Shown: positions 53,383 through 64,000 of the stretch, in pieces
How positions within the stretch are numbered: position 1 is the stretch's first letter
Layout: the number at the start of each line of letters is the position of its first letter
NCBI GenBank assembly: GCA_000934665.2
Contig: JYFJ02000032.1
Location: 124,001-188,000 of the forward strand
Source: Catajapyx aquilonaris
Taxonomy: Eukaryota
Reading direction: 5' to 3'
Length of the DNA: 64,000 nt
Notes under the pieces: model-generated
Seen by the model: the letters and a program-made list of their open reading frames with translations, nothing else
Databases searched by the model: none
What the model was told of the DNA's origin: nothing
Position numbers and translations under genes: made by a program

Positions 53383-55866
53383 GGGTTTCTTTTGCGGCTC
53401 CCAAACTACAGAAGCAAATCAACAGGTTCTCTCCTGTGAGTCGAGTCGCAGGTGAGAGAAGCTGGGAAGTCATTAAGCTTAGGTCACAGCGGCAAGGCAA
53501 TGAAGTTGTTTTTTCCCCCGACAGGTTGACGCATGGCAGCACGAATAATCCGCTAAAAATATTCATTACAAGTTCGGAAGATAATCATGATTATATACGC
53601 GAGAATAGTGTGGCATACCGCATTGCAGAATAATTTTCATTGCTCTGCTGACTGCATTGTTTGTAATGTGACTTAACGGTTGCTTTGCAGAGGATTATTA
53701 TTTCTACATGTTTAAAGACCTATTCAGTATTCACACGTCTGGCATCGTGTACTGTATAAGCCTATACAGTGCTCGAGGCCAGGGGCTGGGCAGATACTGT
53801 ACACTTTGAATCGCACTCCTTTGTAGCATACCGCGTTTCATTACCGCTCCAGCTTGGGCTTTGCATATTCCTTTAATCGGATAGGTTGATTTTTCATCAG
53901 ATTTTTTTGGGTGGGGGGGGGGATGGAATTGATTCTATACCTGTAACGATCATGCATTGATTACCCATTCTCATTAGAATTTTTCCGATCAAGTCCGCAT
54001 ATAGCTAGAGTTTGACATTTTTCCCCCCCTCTAGCTTTCCTGGAAATCGGAATGCGACTTTGTGCCGCACTAGGCTATCGGCAGACCTACATTTCAAGCC
54101 CTTTAAAGCTCGGGAATTAATATTACATGACTGGCATACTGACGCTCTCAAGCCTACATAAACAATGCCGGCGAAACTCCCGTCATTTAGAGGGAATCAA
54201 GAGCTGAGTTCTCTAGCCTATAATCAACTCTCATCCTGTATTTTGTGGGTGTACCAAACAAATCCCTCCTTGATTCCGGCCCCAATTAAAAAATCGTTTG
54301 ACGCGTCACTCATTGAAATTGCAATAATGTACTGTCATGCCACTGCAAACGGCCTTGCGACGATCTCCGTGTTTGCAACGCTGAGCAATTTCTACCCCTC
54401 TCCAACTTCCATTACCTGAGTGCTGCTTGTGTATGTTGACACGGCCTCCTCCGACTCGGAGAGCCTTAATGGTTCACCGGTGCGAAGATGGTTATAGAGT
54501 CTCCGTGCTGCCTTGGAGAGAGCGGTCACTTTGAGTACCAGCATCCTGTTTGATGATCTACTCTGTTTACTTCCTCCTGCAAGACCTTCCATGTATACTC
54601 ATTATCGGCTCGCGATTGGCATCCGGATTTCAAGGAGCTGCGTTTGCTTTAAGAAAAAAAGAAGAAGGCGTTAAATTCTTAGGGCAAGGAGGAGGCCAGG
54701 GCCGGAGAAAAGTGGCGTGGCAGTAATCTGGGCACATAATGGCCGAGATAAAGCGTCAATAGTCATTCCGAGAGGATGCTGCGAAGAAAAGCGCCAGTTT
54801 GCCAAATCGCCCTCCGCTTCCTTGGGCTCTGCCATTTCCCCTTCCACCTTTTTTTGAGGGGGCTGCATCTCTCTCCAAACGGTAGCTGCTTGCTGCCTAG
54901 GGCCTACCCTCGTTTTTTTTGGAGGAGAAGAAGAAGAGGAGGAAGAGGACGCCAAAGAGATGCGTCTCATTTCCTCATCATCGCTGCATCTCTTTCTGGA
55001 GATTGGATTGTGTGAAGAAACGGAGGGAGATGGAAGTGGAGGCAACGTCATGTGAGCCCCTGTTGAATAGACCACTTATGGAAGAGGGGGGGAAAAGTAA
55101 AGCTATTTTTTTTGAGGTTATCTCCCTAGAGGTTATAAACGCCGCGCCGTCTGCATTTTGCGAGGAATTGTACGCCAGTACCCACATTTTAGCTCTCATG
55201 TTTGTAATAATTAACGGACAGCAAATCCTTGGATTCTGTGATCACCTTCCGCGTATAGGTGAGTCATAGCCGGCAGGGGATGGGGTAAGCCCATAGCCAA
55301 CCCCCACAATCGATATCTCCGAGTCAATAGAGATCCGGCGCTCAAGAAAAAAAAACGGGGAGTGAAAAAAGGAAGAGTGTAATTCGATTTTTTCAATTTT
55401 TCCTTTTCCCTCCGTTTTTTTGTGCTTCTCCCTTTTGGACCATTCCTTCTTCTTCTTATCCAAGTGTGGCCGTCAGCGACGTGGGAGGGGGTTATGACTG
55501 GAGCTGCAAATGTGAGAGGGCGCGAATGAGGGAGCAGTATCGGGTTTGCACCCAGTGCTGATGGGAAAGATCCATTTTGGCATAAGGGTCCCGGATAAGT
55601 CTTGGCGGGGTGAAGAAAACTGGGATGGGGGGGAGAAGAAGAAGAAAAAAAAAAAGAAGACGCATATGCTGACACGGTTGCCCATATCTGGTGAAGGGGG
55701 GGGGGAGGTTTGGAAAAGGCAGTTTGGGTGTTAGGGTGGTGCAGATAAATTGGCCATGATGGATCAAGTGGCTGCTCGCATTTGGCATCGCCAGAAGTGT
55801 TGAGGAGGGAGGGTGGATTCATCATCTGGAATGTGGGCTTCATGAATAGATCATGTCTTCAGCAGG

Positions 55867-55952
55867 CCAAAGCGGTGATTTTTTGATTAAAAATTATTGC
55901 TGTTCAAAATAGCAGCGATTATCGCTATTGATGTGTTCAAAATAGCGGTAAT
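55867..55952. repeat. Short degenerate direct repeat (GTTCAAAATAGCRGYRAT twice plus one partial copy)
   Basis: GTTCAAAATAGCAGCGAT at 55902 and GTTCAAAATAGCGGTAAT at 55935 (33 nt apart); partial AAAGCGGTGAT at 55869. Confidence 0.65.
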
Positions 55953-57547
55953 TAATATCAGTTTTATTTTCCTGTGGATCGATCGAGCGTTGTCTATATC
56001 CTTGGCATTTTCACACGAGGTTTGGTGTGAGAAGTGTACGCAGTCGTCGGTTGCTATACCGGGCCGTGAGACACGCCGAGACTAACGAGTTTCCCGTGCG
56101 GATCCGTGTTACGGGAGTCTAATGGAGGCGATAGCGACCGGAATGCGAGCAGCTTGGAAGCGGTCAATGGCTTTTGCTGCTTCGGACCCTCCTAAATGGG
56201 TGGAGGACAGCGGAAAAGGGGGTCCTGTCCGTGGGACTGGACTACGAGACCATGACGATCGGATTCCCAAGATTCTGGAGAAGCGTAACCCCTTCTCTAT
56301 ACTATGCAAGCACGATCGAACCGCGGACTCGCCCATGGAGAGAACACACAAAAAAATTATGGATTCAGGGCAAAAAACGATACGCTCTTCAGCTGACAGA
56401 TCAACGCTAACTAACCACATCACCCACAACATGCCAGGCTCAAATTCGGCTCTCCAACAGCTCTTGTCTCTGCCTTGAATGCATTAGTTTCGTGCTCGCT
56501 TGATTCCGCGGCGTCCGGATCATGCTGGGCAGTTTCTTCCTTTATCCAGCCATGCCTTCCAAATGCGCAGGAAGCAAGCGTGACGCGGTGTCATTGGGAC
56601 CACGGAACCGGAGCGACTTCATGAAGACACCAACGGACTCTCTCCTCTATCTTTTTTTTTTTTTTGCCAATTTACCAGCAGGGGTGTGGGCCACTTTGTC
56701 ACCGTCACTGCCTCGACCATTTTTACTCCCGCCTCGACGACGGTTATTAGCTATTCTGGAGAGTCCAAAGGGGAATGGGAATTTTGTGGCCTTTAAAACA
56801 GTGCAGGTCACCCTCGGTGCTCTATTGTCCAATATTCCAAACACACATGTGCTAAAGTGTGCTGTCGACATTTTGAGAAAAAATTATTTGTAAATGTTGG
56901 TGGGTAGATGTAGCCTGAAGCAGTTGCGAGTATGTTAATGGGAATGGTACTGATGAGTAACATTGGTGTTAAAATTATTTAATTCTCCGGGCTGCTAATA
57001 GCTCGGCTGCCCCTAGAGAACACACATCCATAACTAGTGTCGGATTAAATAAATAAATAAACAGTGACAATATCTGTACAATCAGAGAGCAAACAGAATT
57101 TCCTCACTCTCGTACAATCGTGTATTTTTTTAAATAAATATGACCACTCCTTGTATTGGAGACACAAGGTGTTTCATTATGCACGTGACAAAAGATTGCT
57201 TATCAATTTGTCCCCGGATTACCCCCTCCCCTTTCATTGAACCGCGCTTATTAAGCTATGGCTTAGGGACCGCACCTAACAAGTCGTCTCTAGGGAGTAT
57301 TGTACTACACACATTTCACTAATCATTAAACGATGGTGTCATCAGCGACATGCTGCAAATGTAATACAAATTTAATCAGCTTTAGCAACGCACCGTACAC
57401 GTGGCATTCATTATGTCGCAGTTTTAATGATCATGTAATGAATGGGCAGATAACGAGCTCGTTACAACTAGTTATTGTTTACCCGATGCGGCGGTGGGAA
57501 ACCGAAATCACTAATTGTTTTCCCCCCCTCCTCTTGGTCCATTTCAG

Positions 57548-57586
57548 CTGCTGCTGACTCTGCTGGCAACAACAACAGTCTTGTTG
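57548..57586 (+). other. Candidate 39-nt frame-preserving microexon
   Basis: Branch CACTAAT 57509-57515; tract tgttttccccccctcctcttggtccatttcAG (AG 57546-57547); about 75 nt AG-free upstream; donor TTG|GTAAGT at 57587. Open in two frames: xAADSAGNNNSLV (phase 1) or LLLTLLATTTVLL (phase 0). Confidence 0.65.
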
Positions 57587-59830
57587 GTAAGTCCATCCTT
57601 CTTTTTGATCGTCATTAAAAATGGGTTGCAATGAAGTTCATTACATAATCCATGAATTTGATCGAAATTAACCTACGAATAGTAAGTATTGCAGTGTGTG
57701 AATTATGTTGGCAGTTCCTGCTGAGGTCCAGGGTCTGTGACCGTTTCTTTGTGGCCTTTTCGCGAATTCGCAATTTGAAAACAGTCCGGAAGAGAATGAA
57801 TAGTCCCGTGTCGCACCCTCTGACCGCACCTCTAAAACTTGTCAACACCTCTGGGGTGTTCCACTGGGGATTCCAAAGCGGGCCGAGCTGGGTCACAAAG
57901 GGTGTCGACGAGGGAAGGGCCCTGGGTTGACTCTAGGGGAAAGAGGAGAAATGGCTAGGGAAATCAATACAGGAACCGGAGGCAAACTCCACCGGCTTTT
58001 CTCTTTCACTAGGAAGCACATTCTCCTTCATTGAGCCTCCCCCTGTAGAATTCAATTTCCACTACCCTATATATCTGTTTTGGGTGTCTCTTCCTCCCTA
58101 CTCAGAACGACCGTCTGGCACTAGGAAATTGGGGGGGCTGATAGACCACTTTTTGAGCGGAGTGTCCAGCTCCCACAGTTGTCCCATAAATCCTGAGAGG
58201 TAGCTTTTAGGGTCCAGTAAGACCGAAAAAGAAAACCTAAGAGAGCCTCGTAAGAAGTGTACGATAACTATCTGGTCCTGTTAGTATATTTCCCCTCAGG
58301 CCCAATTATATGTTAAAGTCAAGTGTATGCAAAACCATGCATTGACTCATCTCTCTGATTTGCCAGCCTTAATTGTGACGGACACTGCCGCCAATTATTT
58401 AATACAAGCTCTCAAGTGGGTCTATTTAGGAGCGTCTTTTTGTGGGGGTCGATACCAAGGCTTCTTGAGAGAGCAGCAATGGCTGGTTTCGATCCACACA
58501 CGTGCTTTGGCGCATTCCTAAAACCAGGTCCCCCGAAAGTTGTTGGAACAAAAAAAAGGAGCAGTAGTAAGGAAACAAGGTTCGAGTTGGGAATAGGCTT
58601 GGGCTGGCAATTTGTGGCAGTCGGCAGTCAGCTCTTTTTGGAATACTCCCTGGCTTTTCTGCGGAAAAGCTCACTGGGAAGGACGTAGTCATATAGCACT
58701 GTGGGGGTAATTGGGACCCCCCCATAGGACCCCCAATAGGAAAAGTGGAGCGTGAGTGGAGCAAATTGCACCCGGTTTGCTGGCTGGAGTGTATGTCTCA
58801 TGAGAGCTAGTCGGGAAATTCACAACAATCCTGACCGGGCAACAGTTGGCGCTCAAACCCTCATTTCCTGGTTAGCAAGAATGCCCAACAAAACAGCAGA
58901 TGGGCATGAGCAACCGCCCACTCGATTCGTGACATCCTATTCCGGACCTAAACCTAGGCTACTATACTGCTACATAACATGCCTTCTTTCGCCTGTTGAC
59001 AGCTCGTTGCTTATTCGGTTCCGCATTAGCATAATTGCACCCACGAAACAAGATTTGGTTCATGACCTTTTTCGGGAAGAAGGGTTGTTGTCCTCCACTT
59101 TTTTTTTAAAAAAAACGGGCAAGATTCATATTTTGGCGGCGATAAAACGGAACCGTATCGATTGTATCGCCAGATGGTTTTGTTGTAGAGTGCAAAAATA
59201 ATCCGGTTGTTGGTAACGGAGGCGTTTCCCTTTCCCGGTGCTTGTTGGGGCCAAAGGGCGGCTGGCATCGGTGGGCAACACCTGCCCGGCACGAGTTTGC
59301 CCCCGCGCGACCCCCCTCATGTGTGCAGGCAGATGCGTTCATGTCGGATGGGAAAAATGGGCGTTTACATTTCTACCAAGAGTGAGCCAGAGAAACCCCT
59401 CTTTGCACTTCCCCCATGGCAGCAGCAGACCCACAAAACACTGCATGCTACACTTGTCAGGGGGATAACGGAAACTGGCTGCACCTAATAATTGGTGGTG
59501 CATGGGAACCGTCTCTTAGGAAACACCTAAACTACCGTGGCTAGCTGCAGCAGGTTGCCCATTTTTACACGGGGTTCTAATCCTCCCGTTTTTACGCGTA
59601 ATCGCCCTTAATTGCACACTAGAGATTTTTGCCATACTGCATAACCACTCACTTCCTCCTACCGATATTAAATTATCCGTCGATCACTAGTTTTTTTTGC
59701 TCCTGATGTGTGTATACAGCTCTGCCCAAAGTAGGTTGTTCACCCCAGCAACACATTGGAAGTTGCAAACTGTTGATTGTTCAGATAAACTAACGACAAC
59801 TCCATGCTAAGATTGTGCAATATTTAATTT

Positions 59831-59886
59831 ATCGAATTAATAATCGAAATATCATGCATCGAAATATCAATACAGTATATCGAATT
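59831..59886. repeat. Cluster of four ATCGAA(T/A)T short repeats
   Basis: ATCGAA at 59831, 59843, 59858 and 59879, including ATCGAAATATCA twice and TATCGAATTA twice. Confidence 0.7.
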
Positions 59887-62800
59887 AGTGTTGTATTTCA
59901 ATTTGGATTCGTTGAATAGATAGATATGGCACGTTCGTGCCCATTTCTTGACAAGTGCACCGTGTGGTCATAAACTATAAATCTGAAGGATTGAAACTGG
60001 GCCGAGTGGATGGTCAACAATCGATAACTAGAATGGTGGTGCGGTGGGCGCGTTTTGAGGGCTGACCATACGAGTGCAACCGAGACCACAGAGGCTGCGA
60101 ACGTGGGAAAGTTTTGAACTGGATCGGCGCCATCAGTGGGTCCTCGACATATAATGTGGATTTGAGTTTAAGTGGGGTTGCCTGCATGGAAATCCCCGCC
60201 GGAGTTGATTCAGTGAACATGGGAACTGGGGCGGAGTCCCCGATCATTAGTGTGCTGCTGCTGCTGGGGGAATGTGTCCCCCCCCCCCCCAACCACCACT
60301 CCCTCATTTCCTATCTTTTTAAGGGGGAGGTAGTTGCACACGGGGAGGTTTGGCTGGTTGGAAGCACCGGAGACTTTTCCCCCTTAGGCCTTTCCATTAT
60401 GTGCTGGAGAACAGGGAATTTCGTCCCTTTGCCACTCCAAGCTGAGTGGCTTCCACCGCTGTTTTCACGAGACCTGCTGACTCTCCTCTTATGCACTATC
60501 AGGACACAAAAATACTCGACCGTGTCCATGCATAGCAATAATTGCTCTCAATTACCTCTCAAATCCCTCCAGCAGTCCTTTGCAGTCCCCAACCACCAGT
60601 CTGATCAATCCGGCGTCTGTTTCCACGTGTTTCCACCCCTTCCTTTCCATCCCCGAGAGAGCATTATCCGGACTTCCACGACTTCATATATTGGACCACC
60701 AGGAGGACCGAGAGTGAACGCAGTTGAGGCAAAGTCCTGGGTGTGTGCCGGGGCTGCTCAATCTGGTAATCCGCCAGCGCCGTTTCAAAGTGCTCGTGTT
60801 ATGGGCCTGCTTTATGGGGGAGACCCAGTCCATGATGGGGAGTAGGGGGTGATTCTGCCAAGATGGTCGCAGGTCCCCCCCGCAGAAAAAGAGAAAAGGG
60901 GATTCCGACTGTGGCTCGAATTTTTACATCCATACTATTCAGGTCGAAGCTGACTGATAATCCTACCCAGCAACTTGCTAGAGGAGTGAATTTCAGGGCT
61001 CCCCTTCTCACTTCCAGCCCCGTTCTTTACGACCCCCTAAACTAATGAAACCGAGGCTAATTCGTGCTAGCGAGTAGCCATCACCAGTAATGCAGTGAGA
61101 GGCGCACTCCTGGTGTAAGAGGACTGGGGGGATTGGGGTTGGGGGGGAAACTTGCAAGGGAATTGCCTCCACAAAATGTACCCACTATAAGTGGATGGTC
61201 TCCTGGATTTTTTTTTTGTTTTAAAATTAACACGCTCAATACCGGGTTGTTTAATTATGATGCAGGCACCAGGGGATCATTTTATGTACAAAATTTGGAC
61301 ACTGGAGTCTCGTTTAGGAAATTTCGTGTTCCTCGCAGCTTATTTTATGGCAAACAAACTGCTAGTTTAAATTATTAATAAAACATCCTGATAATGTCGC
61401 AAAATCGATGATCGCCAGAATGTTGGTGCGGCTTTCACGTCATTCCCATTCTGCCGGAATGATGCACCAAGACACACGGTACGGCACTCTCCATGTCACA
61501 TCCTGTCATGGAGCAAACGCGCCCACTTTGTTTGCCGCGGTTGGACGGACTTCTCTCGCAGGCAAACTGCAAAAAACCTCCCAAAATATCGATGCCGATG
61601 AAAAGTATGCATGGAAAAGTTGATCCCCGTTTTTTTTCCCCCAACCCCAGGTAGTAAATCACGGAGCCGCACAAATCGAGAAGGAGAGAATCAAATCGTG
61701 TTGGGGAGACCCATAAAGAGGCGGAGGGAAGGAGAGAAAGAAGCTGAAAGTCACGGCGGTAAATGGAAAAAGGAGGGGTTGGGCTTCTTTCCCCCCCTCT
61801 CTTATGGTTCCGGAACCTTCGTCTTATATATTTTTCCCCTATGCCAGTACCCGGCTCCTTTGTGCAACGGGCTGTGCAAAATCCGGGAGAACCTTTTGTG
61901 AGGATCTAAGGAAGGAAACCCGCTTTACCCTCCTCGTGGTGGCCCACCCTTCCTTCCACCATTTCCACGTGGTGGACAGGCCTTCACCTAACAAGTGGAA
62001 CGAAGGGGATCTCAGGTGCTCTACTGCCAAATGATATATCCGGGGCAGATAATAGGTCATTACTAGAGATGTCTCGGCAAGTTTCTGTCGGCTAGGTCAC
62101 GGCGACAAAAATGAGGCTGGCCGTTAAAGAGCTCCTTTTTTTGCAGGGTTTAAGGTCGTTTCCTCCTTTGTTTCGCTACTCCCCACATTTTGCTTCATCC
62201 ACGGCCTCATCAAGAATTTATTTATTTCAAAGATTTAATAGGCCGCAGGCAGGGCAGCAGGGGGATAAATCATCCATAAGTTATGGGGTGACTTTGAAGG
62301 AAGAAGAACCGCCCGGATTTGGGGGATACCCTGGAGGAAATAGGGGGAGAAGAGAGAATTGGAGTGAACGTAGTTTGAATGCTTACAAGAAACCCCTTTT
62401 AGCCTGAATGGAGGGGCCTATTCAGGTAGAAAGAGCTGTCCATTGGTTGGGCCAATTTACATAGCCGAAGATAATTATAAAAGGCTCCAATGAGCATCGA
62501 GTATAGCAGCCAGTAAATTTTTGTGTGCACAGTCATCTCGTCAACGAACATGTAAAATATTTGGTAGCCGTCAAAGTAGCTCCATGTCGCAAATTGGCAG
62601 GCTAATCAGGTCACGTTAGGATGGGTCCCATTGAGCACCCAGACCCATGTTGACATCCAGTCTCGTTAAATCTCAAGACCGCGATGGCCATGCGATGCGG
62701 AAACCTGATGGATCCTACTTCCCTGCCAACCGCTTCGCCTGTGATGTGGCAGAGCTCTCAGAGAGAAAAGAGATCATTTTCAATGGGGTGGGTCCGGATT

Positions 62801-64000
62801 CGAATTGCGTAACTCAATGTGCGAGAAGCCTCTTCCGCTTGTAATGGCCTGGAGGTGTCGTCCTTAATTCCCATCGACGTCACCCCGGCATTTCCATTCC
62901 ATTCCTCATGATTATTTACCTGGTGTGAAAAGTGATGGTAAACATTGTGCAACAGTTACCAAGTCACGAAAAAAAAAAATCAGGCCAAGGTATTAAAAAG
63001 AGCTCGTAAAAATTCCGTCGTCACTCATCTTCAGTTTCGGAATGAATAAGTGTGTGTTCGCTTAATGAAAAATTGGGCGCCTTTCTCTCGCAAACGAACC
63101 GCTTTCATCATTGGTTGCTGGTTGATGCTGTAAGTCGCAATATTCATATTTTATCAACTCACTTTTTTCACTAGATGTCTTAATGGCAGGGTATCCACCG
63201 TAGATTCCTTTCCCCATCCTAAGGCTAACACGTAAAAATGTCGAAGAGTCGGAATTATAACGTTCGTTTTTCCCTTCCCCTTCCGTTTGTCTGGCCAAAG
63301 AGGATATCATCGAGGAGCGAAGACTTTTCATTTCGGGTGAAAGGATCCTCGTCACGCTCTTGTGGCTTCGAGACGGAATTAAGGCTGAAATATTATCGCT
63401 CGTTCTCTTCTTTTTCTGACGGAAAAAGGGGACTCTTTCCATTTTGGCGCCGGGGCAAAACTCCAGAGGTAATAATTTTGGGGGAGGAGTAAGGTTGTAA
63501 CCGGTCTTCTACTGATAGATTAATACTGGCCTAGACAGACAGAGCTGAAGCTTAATCGGATTTTTTGGAAGGGTCCGATCCACGTGCTTTTTTTCTCCCC
63601 CTCCGTATGATGCGATTCAATCCTGTGTTAATAAGGCTGGGGGTGATTCTCTCGAAGCTCTTTTGACTCAGTTTGCTTTGCGCAGGATTCCACGGCCGGC
63701 AAAAGACTTTTTGGAAGTTTGCCTTGGAGAAACGATGCGGTCGTTTCTCATTTTGATTGAACCTCGCCCCCTGCAGCAGCTCACTCTTCGAAGAATTCCT
63801 TCATCAATTGAATGCCTTTACCAGAGGAGCAAACTGATGACTTGTTTTCTGTTCCTCTTATTTTATTTTGGATCCAGAATGCAAATAGGCTTGTTTCATG
63901 TACACGTATATATAAGAGTCTGGGCCAGCAGAAGCGGCGGATGAATTAAGTGCTCTAAGCTACGTGATATTTTTGTCGGAGAGACCCTGATGTATCGATG

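Larger units (their letters stand above)
1..64000 (+). other. Long non-coding region, probably intronic sequence of a large + strand eukaryotic transcription unit
   Basis: No recognisable protein among the ORFs (longest 243 aa, low-complexity or random-looking); no prokaryotic gene density; the best-formed splice-signal sets (4542-4649, 23849-23950, 57509-57592) are all on the + strand. Confidence 0.6.

Noticed and set aside
53780..53800. CAGGGGCTGGGCAG resembling a hAT-type terminal inverted repeat
   Set aside because: No matching inverted end or target-site duplication found.
1516..60110. Many Su(H)/CSL-like GTGRGAA sites
   Set aside because: About 18 seen against roughly 16 expected by chance on two strands; no paired-site arrangement noticed.
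60114..60845. Longest ORFs (243 aa here; also 31802-32515, 55211-55843, 12736-13329)
   Set aside because: No recognisable domains, several run through homopolymer or simple-repeat tracts or use non-ATG starts, and they lack exon-like boundaries; lengths are compatible with chance in 64 kb.

Overview
64 kb of eukaryotic (most likely animal, probably invertebrate) non-coding DNA; species not identifiable by eye. No ORF in the six-frame track resembles a protein family I recognise, and I found no rRNA, tRNA, CRISPR array, intact transposon or known conserved miRNA. It has homopolymer runs, short microsatellites and many homeodomain-type motifs, as expected of a very long intron or regulatory region of a developmental gene. 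The clearest structure is a set of widely spaced + strand splicing signals: (1) a recursive-splicing (ratchet point) configuration at 4542-4649, with a TACTAAC branch point, pyrimidine tract, CAG|GTAAGA and a second GTAAGT donor 71 nt later; (2) a 70-nt exon candidate at 23875-23944; (3) a frame-preserving 39-nt microexon candidate at 57548-57586; plus weaker AG|GT junctions. Together they suggest the window lies inside one large + strand transcription unit whose intron is removed in steps and carries small exons. All splicing calls are motif-based and need RNA-seq or conservation data.
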